Shown: one piece after another, positions 19,737-30,504 of the stretch
Numbering within the stretch: position 1 is the stretch's first letter
How the letters are laid out: each line of letters begins with the position of its first letter
Assembly: GCA_024276575.1 (NCBI GenBank)
Contig: JAJRWY010000171.1
Location: forward strand, 1,580 to 65,579
Direction: 5' to 3'
Length of the DNA: 64,000 bases
Source: Candidatus Binatota bacterium
Lineage (GTDB): Bacteria; Desulfobacterota; Binatia; UBA1149; CAITLU01
The notes under the pieces: generated by a model
Told to the model about the DNA's origin: nothing
Database searches by the model: none
What the model saw: only the letters and a program-made list of their open reading frames with translations
Position numbers and translations under genes: made by a program

Positions 19737-21806
19737 CTACCAGGCCCGAGAGAACAAAACCAAGATCACGGCCAGCACCAAAACGTAAAGGTACGCGTTG
19801 ATTCCGCCGGTCTGCAGCTTTCGCGCCGCTGCGCCGCAGCGATCAACGACCGTAGCCGTACCATTGACCAAGCCGTCGACCACATAGTGGTCGATCGCCC
19901 CTCCGAAATCCGAGCTTATCCTCACCACGCGCGCAGCCCCGTTGACGATGCCGTCTACTACGTGAAGATCGATCCACGCCAACGCCCGCGACAAAGACAA
20001 CACTCCGTTCAAGAAAAAGCCGTAGTAGAACTCATCTACGAAATACTTGTTGAAGCTCAGCCGATAGGGAACACCGCCACCGATCGCTGCAAACGTAGCT
20101 GCGCTGAGCGACTTGCGAATATAAATCAGGTAAGCCAGTAGTATTCCCAACCCGGCCGTCGCCACCGACAAAGCCATCAACACGTACTCGAGCGTAGTGT
20201 CGTGGCCGCCGGCGGCGTGCGACAACGCTGCATGCTCGAGCTCCACTACCGGAGCCAACCACTGTTCGAAATGATTCGCGCCACCCAGAGCCGCGGGTAC
20301 ACCCAAGTATCCGGCCCCGGCCGCCCCCGCCGCAAGAACCACTAGCGGCAAAGTCATCGTCCATGAAGACTCGTGCAAGTGTTCTCTTGCATGCCCCTCT
20401 ACCCGGCATTCGCCGGCGAAAGTAAGGAACACGGCTCTAAACATGTAGAAGGCGGTCATGCCGGCCGCCGCCAAGCCCACGGCCCAGATCACCGGATTCG
20501 CGAGGAACGCTCGCCAGAGTATCTCGTCCTTGGAGAAGAAACCGGCGAATCCGGGCACACCGGCAATGGCCAGCGCAGAAATCAGGAAGGTGCCAAAAGT
20601 AACCGGCATGTAAGAGCGAAGCCCACCCATGCGGCGCATGTCCTGCTCATGATGCAAGGCGTGGATGACACTACCCGCCCCCAGAAACAGGCAGGCTTTG
20701 AAAAACGCATGCGTGAGTAGATGGAAGATGCCGGCGGCGTAAGCACCGACACCGACGGCCATGAACATGTAACCGAGTTGTGAAACCGTAGAGTAGGCCA
20801 GCACCTTCTTGATGTCGTGCTGGCTCAAGCCGATCGTCGCCGCAAAGAACGCGGTTGCCGCACCCACCGCGGTGATCACCTGCATGGTAAACGGAGCCAT
20901 GGAAAAGAGGAAGTTCAAGCGCACGATCATGTAGACCCCGGCGGTCACCATGGTGGCAGCGTGAATCAGAGCCGAGACCGGAGTGGGACCGGCCATGGCG
21001 TCGGGCAACCAGACATACAGCGGGATCTGCGCGGATTTTCCGGTAGCGCCGACGAACAGAAGCAGGGTTACTAGCGTCGCCACGCCCATGCCCCATAGCG
21101 TCATGCCCTCGAGCGCGGGCACAGCGTGGGCGAGTTCGCGGAAGACCAAGGTCGCCTTGCCGCTGTCGGCCAGCGACCAAAACAACAAGAACATCCCGCA
21201 AAGGAAGGCAAAATCGCCGATACGGTTGACCAGAAAGGCCTTGTTGGCCGCCGCGGTGTTCGTATGGTCGCTGTGCCAGAAACCGATCAAGCCCCACGAG
21301 CAAAGGCCCACTCCTTCCCAACCGACGAACATCACCAACATGTTGTCGCCGAGAATGAGCGTAAGCATGCAGAACAAGAATAGGTTGAGCATGCCGAAGA
21401 AACGCCAGTTGGCAGGATCTTCGTCCATATAACCGTAGGAATAGATATGTATGAGGCTGCCAATACCGGTAATAATCAAGCACATGACCGCCGACAAGGG
21501 ATCGAAGGCCAGGGCGATCGAAACGTCGAGATCGCCGATGTGAATCCACGACGACACCGTATCGAGCAACAATCGCTCGTCGACGGGCAAGGAGCGCAGA
21601 CGGAGAAAAGCCGCAACCACACAGACAAACGAGGCTATCGACATCGCCGATCCCAACACAGCCACCGCCGTACGCCCGGCTGCGTCTTGCAAGCGCTTGC
21701 CGGCTATCAGGTTGATCGCGGCGCCCGCCAAGGGCAGCGCCACTATCCAGCGCAGAGCATAGGACACGCCGGCTGCCGCTTCGTGTGTCGCCGCAGTTTC
21801 TAACAT
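19737..21806 (-). CDS. nuoL: NADH-quinone oxidoreductase subunit L (operon 1)
   Basis: GWEGVGLCS, GKSAQIPLYVWLPDAMAGPTPVSALIHAATMV. Confidence 0.95.
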   Translation of the reverse strand: MLETAATHEAAAGVSYALRWIVALPLAGAAINLIAGKRLQDAAGRTAVAVLGSAMSIASFVCVVAAFLRLRSLPVDERLLLDTVSSWIHIGDLDVSIALAFDPLSAVMCLIITGIGSLIHIYSYGYMDEDPANWRFFGMLNLFLFCMLTLILGDNMLVMFVGWEGVGLCSWGLIGFWHSDHTNTAAANKAFLVNRIGDFAFLCGMFLLFWSLADSGKATLVFRELAHAVPALEGMTLWGMGVATLVTLLLFVGATGKSAQIPLYVWLPDAMAGPTPVSALIHAATMVTAGVYMIVRLNFLFSMAPFTMQVITAVGAATAFFAATIGLSQHDIKKVLAYSTVSQLGYMFMAVGVGAYAAGIFHLLTHAFFKACLFLGAGSVIHALHHEQDMRRMGGLRSYMPVTFGTFLISALAIAGVPGFAGFFSKDEILWRAFLANPVIWAVGLAAAGMTAFYMFRAVFLTFAGECRVEGHAREHLHESSWTMTLPLVVLAAGAAGAGYLGVPAALGGANHFEQWLAPVVELEHAALSHAAGGHDTTLEYVLMALSVATAGLGILLAYLIYIRKSLSAATFAAIGGGVPYRLSFNKYFVDEFYYGFFLNGVLSLSRALAWIDLHVVDGIVNGAARVVRISSDFGGAIDHYVVDGLVNGTATVVDRCGAAARKLQTGGINAYLYVLVLAVILVLFSRAW

Positions 21807-21846
21807 CGCCTCTGCCTCGGACCGCGATTTCCGACAAACACCTTAA

Positions 21847-22161
21847 TCAACCCCTCAAAGTCCTCATCACCGACACGTCGATAGCTCGGAAACTGCGATA
21901 AATGGCCAGAACCAAAGCCAAGCCGATCGCCGCTTCAGCCGCCGCAAGCATGATGACGAACACCGAGAATACCTGCCCGTCCACCGCTGCGGCGCTATAC
22001 TTGGAGAACGCAACATAGTTGACGTTGGCCCCGTTCAGGATCAGTTCCACACCCATGAGGACGCCGATGGCATTGCGGCGGGTAAGTACGCAAAACAATC
22101 CCAAGCAAAACAGGATGAGGCCAACGGCAAGGAAGTGGTTGAGTCCTATTGCGCTTTCCAC
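21847..22161 (-). CDS. nuoK: NADH-quinone oxidoreductase subunit K (operon 1)
   Basis: RRNAI..MGVELILN, AAAEAAIGLA. Confidence 0.95.
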   Translation of the reverse strand: MESAIGLNHFLAVGLILFCLGLFCVLTRRNAIGVLMGVELILNGANVNYVAFSKYSAAAVDGQVFSVFVIMLAAAEAAIGLALVLAIYRSFRAIDVSVMRTLRG

Positions 22162-22165
22162 ACCC

Positions 22166-22684
22166 CTACTCCGATTCAGCCGTCTCTTTACGCGTCAGGA
22201 CCACCGCACCGACGAGAACGGCCAGCAAGACCAGCGAGGCAACCTCGAAAGGCAAGACATAGCGGCCCAGAAGAGCGTTGCCCACGGCCGCGGTCGACGA
22301 CTCGGCTGCCAGGTACTCCACTGGGCGATGCCACTGAGCGGCCTGAAAGCTCCGCCACAGCAAGGCGAACACCGCAACGACCGTGAGCAAGCCGAATCCC
22401 CTGCCGGCGCTACGGTTGGAAACCTTCACGTCTCGAATTCCCTGCGTAAGCATCACCGCAAACAAGGTCAGCACCACCACCCCACCGACGTAAACCAGGA
22501 GTTGCACGCCGGCGACGAAATCAGCGTCGAGCATTACGTAGAGTCCGGCGACACCGAGAAACGACAACATCAGCGACAAAGCCGAGTAAACGATGTGGGT
22601 CGCAAAGGCGACGCCGCAAGCTCCGACAACGGCGACACCGGCGAGAAAGAAAAACACCACCACTTCGGCCGACAATCCTTCCAT
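22166..22684 (-). CDS. nuoJ: NADH-quinone oxidoreductase subunit J (operon 1)
   Basis: QLLVYVGGVVVL, YVLPFE. Confidence 0.93.
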   Translation of the reverse strand: MEGLSAEVVVFFFLAGVAVVGACGVAFATHIVYSALSLMLSFLGVAGLYVMLDADFVAGVQLLVYVGGVVVLTLFAVMLTQGIRDVKVSNRSAGRGFGLLTVVAVFALLWRSFQAAQWHRPVEYLAAESSTAAVGNALLGRYVLPFEVASLVLLAVLVGAVVLTRKETAESE

Positions 22685-22686
22685 CT

Positions 22687-23247
22687 TCAGCCGCCCTTAC
22701 CGGCCGCTGCCGGTGCGTCGTCCTTGGGATCGGCGAACTCTGCAATGTAGCGCTTGCCCCGTTCGAGTATGGGCGCCACCACAGGATCGTCCTCTCCCTT
22801 TTTCTTCGGTTTGTAAGCGGTTACCGGCTCCTTGATGAAACGCCGGACCATCGACTCCAGAGAAAAATCCGCGCCTTCGAACTCGCGCGTGTGATGGATG
22901 GAGCCGGTAGGACAAGGCTCCGTACACAGGCCACAGTACATGCACTTGGCCAGGTCGATGTCGAAAGTCTCGATCAACATCGACTTGGTTTCCTTGTCCT
23001 TGCGGGTCTCTATCAAGATGCAGTCGATCGGACAGGCGCGCTGGCAGGCCAGACAGCCGGTGCAGATCTCTAGGTCCACATCCAGAAAGCCACGGTAGCG
23101 ATAGGGAAGAGTGTCTTGTACCGGTATCGGCATGCGGTCGGGATACTGAATCGTGTAGGGCTCGCGGAAAAAGTGAGAGAAGGTCACCGAGAGTCCGTCG
23201 AAAATCGAAGTCGCCGCCTGCACGACATTGGCTACATACTCACGCAT
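22687..23247 (-). CDS. nuoI: NADH-quinone oxidoreductase subunit I
   Basis: TIQYP; two CxxCxxCxxxCP motifs. Confidence 0.93.
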   Translation of the reverse strand: MREYVANVVQAATSIFDGLSVTFSHFFREPYTIQYPDRMPIPVQDTLPYRYRGFLDVDLEICTGCLACQRACPIDCILIETRKDKETKSMLIETFDIDLAKCMYCGLCTEPCPTGSIHHTREFEGADFSLESMVRRFIKEPVTAYKPKKKGEDDPVVAPILERGKRYIAEFADPKDDAPAAAGKGG

Positions 23248-23253
23248 AGCTAC

Positions 23254-24429
23254 TCAGACCGCCCCGTACCCCAGGCCCCGGGCGCGCGCCAGATGGAAGC
23301 GCACCCTGCGGGCGAACACGAAGATAATCGCAAGAACCACGGCCACCAAAGCAATGCGAACGACCAAACTTCCCTCGGGAAACAGCACCATGAAAAACGC
23401 TGTCCCCAAAGTATTCAGCAGCGCCATCGGGACCAGATACTTCCAGCACAGAGCCATCAACTGGTCGATACGGATTCTCGGCAGCGTGGCACGAACCCAC
23501 ATCGCGACAAAAACCCAGAAATAGGCCTTGAGAAAGATGGTAAAGAACTGGGCCACCGCGAGCAGCGTGGGATCATCAGTGAAACGCGGAACTTGCCAGC
23601 CGCCCATGAACAAGGTGGCGACCAGGGCGCCGATCACATAGAGGTTGCCCCACTCGGCCAGAAAGAAAAGCAGCGAGCGCATGCCGCTGTACTCGGTGGC
23701 GAAACCGGCGACCAGCTCCGACTCGGCCTCGGGTAAATCGAAAGGGGTGCGGTTACCCTCAGCCAAAGCACATACGAAAAACAGCAGGAAAGATACCAGC
23801 AGAAAAGGATTGTGGAACATGTGCCAAGTATGCGGCGCCCATCCCTGCGCGGCAGTGATGCCCTGGGTCGAAAGCGTGCCGGAAACCAGGACCACCGGAA
23901 AAATCGTCAATCCCAGGGGAATCTCATAGGAGATTATCTGCGTTGCGGAGCGAATGCCTCCGAGCATCGACCACTTATTGTTCGACGACCATCCGGCCAT
24001 CAAGATACCCACCACCACCAAGGAAGTGATCGCGGTGATGTAAAGAATCCCGATGTTCAAATCGGCAATGATCAAGCTGCCGCCAAAAGGGATCGCAACG
24101 AACGCGGCAACGAAGCCTGCAACGACCAGATAAGGCGCGATACGAAACAAGGGCTCGTCGACGGCCTGCGGTATTACGTCTTCCTTGAGAAGGTTCTTCA
24201 GTCCGTCGGCAAGCCATTGTAGAAAGCCCCCCGGCCCGACTCGATTCGGCCCGATGCGAGACTGTATACGCGCCCACACCCGGCGCTCCACCCAACTGGT
24301 GATGCCGGCTACGGGCAGGATGAACACGAATACCACCAACGCACCGAAGGCCAGCATACCCGCCACCCTCAGCAACACCCCCGGGACTTCCGGATTCGCA
24401 GCAGCCAGACCGTTCAAGAATTCGAGCAT
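23254..24429 (-). CDS. nuoH: NADH-quinone oxidoreductase subunit H (operon 1)
   Basis: RIGPNRVG, QIISYE, RTPFDLPEAESELVAG. Confidence 0.95.
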   Translation of the reverse strand: MLEFLNGLAAANPEVPGVLLRVAGMLAFGALVVFVFILPVAGITSWVERRVWARIQSRIGPNRVGPGGFLQWLADGLKNLLKEDVIPQAVDEPLFRIAPYLVVAGFVAAFVAIPFGGSLIIADLNIGILYITAITSLVVVGILMAGWSSNNKWSMLGGIRSATQIISYEIPLGLTIFPVVLVSGTLSTQGITAAQGWAPHTWHMFHNPFLLVSFLLFFVCALAEGNRTPFDLPEAESELVAGFATEYSGMRSLLFFLAEWGNLYVIGALVATLFMGGWQVPRFTDDPTLLAVAQFFTIFLKAYFWVFVAMWVRATLPRIRIDQLMALCWKYLVPMALLNTLGTAFFMVLFPEGSLVVRIALVAVVLAIIFVFARRVRFHLARARGLGYGAV

Positions 24430-25587
24430 CTAACGATCGACCTCCGGCGCGACAACGTCGAGTGAGGCGATCAGAGCGACCAAGTCGGCAATCATCAGGC
24501 CATTACTCAAGCTTTCAATGATGGACATCGCGCTGAAAGACCCGGTTCGGATATGCACCCGGTAGGGTCGCTCACTGCCGTCGCTGACGACGTACCAGCT
24601 TTGGTCGCCACGCGGAGTCTCGACGCGAATGTGCACCTCACCCGCGGGCGGCTTGAAGTTACGCCTGACTTTGGCGATGACCGGCCCACCGGGCAGGCCC
24701 TCGAGGGCTTGGCGTACGATCTTGGCCGACTCACGCATCTCGTGCAGCCGTACGATGTAACGCTCCCAGCAATCCCCAACGCTGCCCCAAGTGCCTTTTC
24801 CGACCGGCACCGTGAAATCGAAGTCCGGATAGACACTATAGGGGCGGTCGCGCCTCAAATCGTAGTCCACACCGCTGGCTCGCAGATTCGGACCTACTAG
24901 GTTGTAGGCGATCGCCATCTCGGGGGAGATCACGGCGACATCGGCCAACCGCTCGATGTATATCTTGTTGTTCGAAAGCAGATCGTCGAACTCGTCCACC
25001 AAGGGAATGAAACGATCCAGGAAGCGCAACACTTTGTGCGCATAGTCCGGCGGAAGATCCCACGCTACACCACCGATACGCAGGTAGTTGAACGTAAGGC
25101 GCGCACCGCAGAGTTCTTCGAGAAGATCGTTAATCATCTCGCGTTCGCGAATCGCATGGGTGAAGGGGGTAAAGGCCCCGATGTCCATACCCATCGCACC
25201 GAAAGCCAGCAGGTGAGAGCAGATGCGCCCGAGTTCGGCGGCGATTACCCGGCAGTACTCGGCACGGCGGGGAACCTCGACCCCGCCAAGCGACTCTGCC
25301 GCCATCGCCCAGGCCTGGTTACAGGTCATCGCGGCAACATAATCCACACGATCGGTGTAAGGCATGAAACCATGCCAACCGACTTTTTCCGCGATCTTCT
25401 CTATGGAGCGGTGCAGATAACCGACGTCCGGAACCGCCCTACGCATGACCTCGCCGTCAGCCTTCACCACAAAGCGCAACACCCCATGGGTACTGGGATG
25501 CTGGGGCCCCATGTTGAGCGTCATCTCCTCGGTGGCAAAACCGCCCGCGGATCCGTGGTCGTCGGTAAATTCTATCTCTACGGACAT
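24430..25587 (-). CDS. nuoD: NADH-quinone oxidoreductase subunit D (operon 1)
   Basis: [25 protein letters not shown]-terminal EVDR. Confidence 0.95.
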   Translation of the reverse strand: MSVEIEFTDDHGSAGGFATEEMTLNMGPQHPSTHGVLRFVVKADGEVMRRAVPDVGYLHRSIEKIAEKVGWHGFMPYTDRVDYVAAMTCNQAWAMAAESLGGVEVPRRAEYCRVIAAELGRICSHLLAFGAMGMDIGAFTPFTHAIREREMINDLLEELCGARLTFNYLRIGGVAWDLPPDYAHKVLRFLDRFIPLVDEFDDLLSNNKIYIERLADVAVISPEMAIAYNLVGPNLRASGVDYDLRRDRPYSVYPDFDFTVPVGKGTWGSVGDCWERYIVRLHEMRESAKIVRQALEGLPGGPVIAKVRRNFKPPAGEVHIRVETPRGDQSWYVVSDGSERPYRVHIRTGSFSAMSIIESLSNGLMIADLVALIASLDVVAPEVDR

Positions 25588-25812
25588 CTACTCACCCAAG
25601 GCACTCGGCATGCATACGGTGCACCACTCACTACGCTCTGTTCCGGCTAAGCCCGGCCGTTCCATGGCGAAGCCTTGCAGCCTCGCTTGCGCCCTGCTCG
25701 CTTGCCGACATCAGGCGTAGCGCCGGCTACACCTGCGAACCTCGCCGTCGCGCTCAGCCCCGTTCGAAACACTCCCGGACTTCTCGCGACGAGTTGCCAT
25801 GAACAATCCGGA

Positions 25813-26322
25813 CTAACTCCCCGAACGAATCCCCAGCATACTTTCACGTACGGTCGATATGCCGTGATACTGTTCGGGTTCTACATAGTCTTTGCGTAAA
25901 GGGTGGCCCACCCAATCCTCGGGTAGCAGGATTCTACGAAGGTCACTGTGGCCGCGGAAGCGGACTCCGAGAAGATCGAACACTTCCCGCTCCAGCCAAT
26001 TCGCCGCCGGCCAAACACGTTCAACACTATCGACCAGCGGATCGCCACGACGCGTAGAAACGCGCAAGACCAAAGACCGGTCGAACTCATAAGAATAAAG
26101 GTCGTAGACTATATCTATGGCGCCACGGCCGGGATAATCGCAACCGCTCAAATTGGAGAGGCAGTCAAAGCGAAGTTCCGGCGTGTCACGTAGCAACATG
26201 GCCGCCCGCTCGACGGCATCGTCGTCGATTCTTATCGACTCGTAGTGAGGGCCTTCCTCGACCACGCCGACAGCCGCACCCAATTTATCGTGAAGCAGTC
26301 GGCGTATGGCGGCGATTTCCAT
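25813..26322 (-). CDS. nuoC: NADH-quinone oxidoreductase subunit C (operon 1)
   Basis: WPAANWLEREVFDLLG, GHPLRKDY; start moved to the ATG after AAGGGA. Confidence 0.92.
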   Translation of the reverse strand: MEIAAIRRLLHDKLGAAVGVVEEGPHYESIRIDDDAVERAAMLLRDTPELRFDCLSNLSGCDYPGRGAIDIVYDLYSYEFDRSLVLRVSTRRGDPLVDSVERVWPAANWLEREVFDLLGVRFRGHSDLRRILLPEDWVGHPLRKDYVEPEQYHGISTVRESMLGIRSGS

Positions 26323-26345
26323 GTCCCTTTCAACACGCGAAAGCT

Positions 26346-26852
26346 CTACGAGAGCAACGCTGCCTCCTCCGCACTCGGCCGCACCAGCCATTTTTCCTCG
26401 GACATTTTCTTCTGCAGCAAGATCAGGCCGTCGGTCAGCGCCTCGGGACGCGGAGGACAGCCGGGGACATAGACGTCGACGGGGATGACCTTGTCGACTC
26501 CATCGCAAACCGAGTAAGCCAATTGAAACAGGCCTCCGCAGTTGGAGCAGCTCCCCATGGAAACGACGTACTTGGGCTCCGGCATCTGCTCATAGAGAAG
26601 CTTGGTGCGAAGAGCCATTTTCAGGGTCAGAGTTCCGGCGACGATCATCAGATCGGAAGTCCGCGGGGTCGCGCGCGGAGCCATGCCAAAACGGTCCAGA
26701 TCGGCGCGCGGCCCGCCGGTTTGCATGAGTTCTATGGCGCAGCAAGCGAGCCCGAAGAGCATGTACCAAAGAGACGACTTACGCGTCCAGTTGAGCAACT
26801 GGTCGACTTTGGTGGTAAGCACCATTTCGGGCACGGAGTTAACCAGCGACAT
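26346..26852 (-). CDS. nuoB: NADH-quinone oxidoreductase subunit B
   Basis: [27 protein letters not shown]. Confidence 0.95.
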   Translation of the reverse strand: MSLVNSVPEMVLTTKVDQLLNWTRKSSLWYMLFGLACCAIELMQTGGPRADLDRFGMAPRATPRTSDLMIVAGTLTLKMALRTKLLYEQMPEPKYVVSMGSCSNCGGLFQLAYSVCDGVDKVIPVDVYVPGCPPRPEALTDGLILLQKKMSEEKWLVRPSAEEAALLS

Positions 26853-27285
26853 GACGTTCCACTCCGGGTGCCTGGCCAGCGGCAACGGCACTCTGTTTAG
26901 TGGCGGCAACTTGTTTCACCCAAGATATGTCGCCCTTGCTCCACACATAGATGAGACCGACCAGCAGTATCAGTACGAACACCAATATTTCCGTAAGAGC
27001 GAACAGGCCATTGCCCGCGGAGACCCAGTCTTTGAATACCGCGGCAACCGGGTAGATGAAGGCCACCTCGACATCGAAGATCAGAAAGACCAGCGCGACG
27101 ACATAGAAACGGATGTTGAAGTTGATCCAGGAGTCGCCTTCGACCTCTTCGCCACACTCGTAGGTGCTCAGCTTGATTTGGTCGGGACTAGCGGGACGCA
27201 GAAGAGCACCCAGCCACATCATCAAAGCGCAGAGCAAAACTCCGAGGCCCAGGAACACGAGGATGTTGGCGTAGTCGAAGTGCAT
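26839..27285 (-). CDS. nuoA: NADH-quinone oxidoreductase subunit A (operon 1)
   Basis: YECG, FLIFDVE. Confidence 0.95.
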   Translation of the reverse strand: MHFDYANILVFLGLGVLLCALMMWLGALLRPASPDQIKLSTYECGEEVEGDSWINFNIRFYVVALVFLIFDVEVAFIYPVAAVFKDWVSAGNGLFALTEILVFVLILLVGLIYVWSKGDISWVKQVAATKQSAVAAGQAPGVERHVAG

Positions 27286-27308
27286 GAAATTACTGCGCTA
27301 AACGCCTC

Positions 27309-27337
27309 CTGCTAACAAGGGGTGGTTGCGAAGTCAA
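27309..27337 (-). promoter_or_regulatory. Candidate sigma70 promoter of nuo operon 1
   Basis: TTGACT-17 nt-TAGCAG with TG extension. Confidence 0.4.
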
Positions 27338-27348
27338 TCGGCCTCGAC

Positions 27349-28188
27349 TCAGCGCGTCGCGGCGCGGGGAAGCGGCAGAACGTTCAACTTGCCGGTCACG
27401 GTGTTGAGATCGACATAGACGTCTGTATCGAAAACCTCGCGTATGTTCGCATAACTTATGACCGCGCCCGGCTCTCCCTGCGCAAACACTCGGCCGTCTT
27501 TCAACATCGCCACCCGTTCAAAATACAAGGAAGCAAGGTTCAAGTCGTGCAACACCGAAACCACGGTCAGTCCTTGCTCGCGGTTGAGTTGCGAAAGCAG
27601 GTCATAGAGTTCGGTCTGGTGCTTGATATCGAGAAAAGCGGCCGGTTCGTCCAAGAGAATGAGTTCGGGTTCCTGCGCAAGAGCGCGAGCGACGGCAACA
27701 CGCTGTTTCTCGCCGCTCGACAAAGTGTCGAAATCGCGCTCGGAAAGATACGCCACGTCCATAGCGGCTATGGCCTTGGCCGCAGCATCGAGATCGGCCT
27801 GGGACTCCAGACGAAAGCCCTCTACATGGGGCGCTCGCCCCATCAACACCACCTCTTCAACGCTATAGGAAAAACCGATCATGCTCTGAGGCCCAACCAC
27901 CGCTACCGATCTGGCCAGCAGGCGGCGATCGGCCACACTGGGGTCGAGTCCGCACACCTCGACTACGCCGCAGTCCGCCCTCAATTCGCCACCGGCTAGG
28001 CGTAGCAAAGTGGTCTTGCCCGAGCCGTTGGGTCCGAGCAAGGCCAGCTTCGACCCACGCGGAACTTCCAAATCTATGCCTTCCAGGCGGTGGCCGCCTC
28101 CCGGATAAGCGAATCCCACACCCCTGAAAGCCAAAGCCGGGGATTTCGCCTTAGCGGCCCCCCTATCTTGATGCACCTTATCGCTCAC
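27349..28188 (-). CDS. ABC ATPase of a cobalamin/iron-chelate importer (BtuD/FecE-like)
   Basis: GPNGSGKTT, LSSGEKQRV, LLDEP, VLHDLNLA. Confidence 0.92.
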   Translation of the reverse strand: MSDKVHQDRGAAKAKSPALAFRGVGFAYPGGGHRLEGIDLEVPRGSKLALLGPNGSGKTTLLRLAGGELRADCGVVEVCGLDPSVADRRLLARSVAVVGPQSMIGFSYSVEEVVLMGRAPHVEGFRLESQADLDAAAKAIAAMDVAYLSERDFDTLSSGEKQRVAVARALAQEPELILLDEPAAFLDIKHQTELYDLLSQLNREQGLTVVSVLHDLNLASLYFERVAMLKDGRVFAQGEPGAVISYANIREVFDTDVYVDLNTVTGKLNVLPLPRAATR

Positions 28189-28335
28189 GACGGCTCACGA
28201 GTTTCCTTGCTAGCGGGTTGGGCAAGCCGTAGCCACGCTTGCTGCACCGATTCAACGCTGTGGCACAATAGCTTTCCTGAGATTCGTCTGGGCCTCCGAG
28301 TAGCCGCGCTTGCTGCGCCGGTTCAACGCTGTAGC

Positions 28336-29391
28336 TCACAAATCCCCCCCGTGCCAGGGACGGCGGCGCAACAGGTAGATGAAGAACGGGCCCCCGGTAA
28401 GCGAGGTTATCGCACCGACCGGCAACTCCGCAGGCGCGGCCAGCCAGCGGGCCAAGGTGTCACAGAGCACCAGGAACGCGGCGCCGCCGAAGAAAGACGC
28501 CGGCAACAGCAAGCGATTGTCACTGCCGAGCATTTTCCTGAGAACGTGGGGGACTATCAGTCCCGCAAAAGTAATGATGCCGCACAACGACACCACCGCT
28601 CCCACCAGCAGCGATGACGATGCGAACACCCGCCTACGCAGCCCCTCTGTGTCCACGCCGAGATTGCGCGCGGTCTCGTCGCCCAAAGAGATCAGATTGA
28701 GCGAGTGGGCTTCACGCATCAACAATAAGGACGCGGGTAGCACGAGCGCGGCCACCAAGCCGATAACCGGATACGGCTCGACCGCAACCCCTCCCATCAA
28801 CCAGAACACGATGGAATGAGACCTGGAAAGATCGGCAAGCGCATGGACCAGCAAGATGAGCGCCGCGGCAAAAGTATTGAAGATTACGCCGATCAGTACC
28901 TGCGTGTAGGGTTCGAGCCGGCCGCGAACGTGAGCCAGCCGGTAAACCAGGACACTCGAAATCCCCGCACCCGCGAAGGCCAGCAGCGGAACTAGGTACC
29001 AAGCGGAGCCCGAGGCCGGCAAGAAGGCCAGCGCGAGTACTGCCGCCAGTGCGGCCCCGCCGGAAACTCCGATGATCTCGGGACTAGCCAGAGGATTCCG
29101 TAAGGTCGGTTGCAACGCCGCGCCCGATACCGCGAGCGCAGCTCCCACCAGCGCCGCCAACAACACACGCGGAAGGCGCAGGTGGAGCCAAATCAAACGC
29201 TCCGTGCCTTGTTCGAAGAACACCCGGTAAGGATCCAGGGAAACGCTGCCGGCCATCAATCCGAAAAGCATAGCCAACAGCGCAGCAACTGCGGTTGCCG
29301 CCAAGCCCGCCGCCATGAAACCGGGCGTCAGGCGGTTACGGCGCTGAAGAGGCCTAGCGGCGGCGCTTTGCGGAGTGGATTCAGACATCAT
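28336..29391 (-). CDS. FecCD/BtuC-type ABC permease
   Basis: LRLPRVL, RNPLASP, GLIVPH, ELPVGAIT. Confidence 0.92.
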   Translation of the reverse strand: MMSESTPQSAAARPLQRRNRLTPGFMAAGLAATAVAALLAMLFGLMAGSVSLDPYRVFFEQGTERLIWLHLRLPRVLLAALVGAALAVSGAALQPTLRNPLASPEIIGVSGGAALAAVLALAFLPASGSAWYLVPLLAFAGAGISSVLVYRLAHVRGRLEPYTQVLIGVIFNTFAAALILLVHALADLSRSHSIVFWLMGGVAVEPYPVIGLVAALVLPASLLLMREAHSLNLISLGDETARNLGVDTEGLRRRVFASSSLLVGAVVSLCGIITFAGLIVPHVLRKMLGSDNRLLLPASFFGGAAFLVLCDTLARWLAAPAELPVGAITSLTGGPFFIYLLRRRPWHGGDL

Positions 29392-29463
29392 AGTCCACCG
29401 CGCGCTTCAGAGACCGCACGCGCCTGCAGCCCGGACCCAGCCTGAGCTACGAGAAGTAGAGAG

Positions 29464-29511
29464 CCTACATGCCAACCCCCTACATGCGAAGCCACCACAT
29501 GCAAACCCACG
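29464..29511. repeat. Three imperfect 15-bp tandem repeats
   Basis: acatgc recurs at 29467, 29482, 29497. Confidence 0.7.
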
Positions 29512-29583
29512 TTGCGATAGCGGACCATCAGGGCTGGCGGCAAGGCCTTCATCAGCGATACGGCAATGCCGGCCGGCGCTACG

Positions 29584-30468
29584 CTAATCGTCCTCGCGGT
29601 CGAAAGCATCGGGATGCATGATATGCGCCAGCGTTAAAGCAGCTTCGCCCAGACGCGGCCCCGGCCGTAACAGCATCGACCGGCGGCCGTCAAGTTCGAC
29701 AACCCGGCCCGATGCAACCGCGGGTAAAGAAGGAAACCGCGACCAAGGTCCGCCGCCGTGTACTGTTCCAGCTTCGCTGCCCATGGAGATGTCTATTATT
29801 ACTTCCGGCGCCTCTGCAACGAAAAACTCCAGCCCGACCCTCGGCCAGCGTCCGCCTAAGTCCGCGACCAAATTGAGGCCGCCGGCGATACTGAGAATCT
29901 CCCCCAGGTAGCTGTCGGGGCCGGCAAGAATCAACGGGTCGTGCCCCACGAGTAGCGCAGTGCGCGGCCGCCCGCGGCCGCGCACTGCAGCCACACTTGC
30001 CGCCAATTCGGAATCGATCTTGTCGAGAATCCGGCGGCCCTCGGCCTCCCTTCCCAACAACTGCGCAATCCTCACAATGGCGGCGCGAGCCTCCGCAATC
30101 CCGCCGTCCCCGTGGACAACCTCCACGCGGATGCCGCTACGCTCCAAGGCTCTCACTGAACTCAAATTCCCGGGAGTCGGCGAAGTCAACACCAAGTCGG
30201 GCCGCAAGGCGACAATGGCCTCGGTAACCGGCCTCACGAAAGTGCCGACCCGCGCCAAGCCCGACAGGCGTGGAGGATAGTCGCACTGGTCGGACACGGC
30301 GACCAGGCTCGGCCCCGCTCCCAGGGCGAAGACCGTCTCGGTTATGGACGGAACCATCGAAACGACTCGTGAAGGCGGCGCCGCCCTAGCCGCCTCGACC
30401 ACGGCTACCGGCGGCCAATAGGACACCGCCATGCAGACAACAGCGAAAATCGTCGTAAACCTTCGAAT
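29584..30468 (-). CDS. BtuF-like helical-backbone substrate-binding protein (start uncertain; possibly ATT at 30468, or ATG at 30432 or 30507)
   Basis: RVVSMVPSITETVFALG, CDYPP, EAIVALRPDLV, RPGPRL. Confidence 0.85.
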   Translation of the reverse strand: MRRFTTIFAVVCMAVSYWPPVAVVEAARAAPPSRVVSMVPSITETVFALGAGPSLVAVSDQCDYPPRLSGLARVGTFVRPVTEAIVALRPDLVLTSPTPGNLSSVRALERSGIRVEVVHGDGGIAEARAAIVRIAQLLGREAEGRRILDKIDSELAASVAAVRGRGRPRTALLVGHDPLILAGPDSYLGEILSIAGGLNLVADLGGRWPRVGLEFFVAEAPEVIIDISMGSEAGTVHGGGPWSRFPSLPAVASGRVVELDGRRSMLLRPGPRLGEAALTLAHIMHPDAFDREDD

Positions 30469-30504
30469 GAAATTATCCTCGTCGCGTCTGAGTACTACGA
30501 AGTG

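Noticed and set aside
25588-25812. Hidden small gene between nuoC and nuoD
   Set aside because: Only short frames without RBS or recognisable composition, including when read through TAG.
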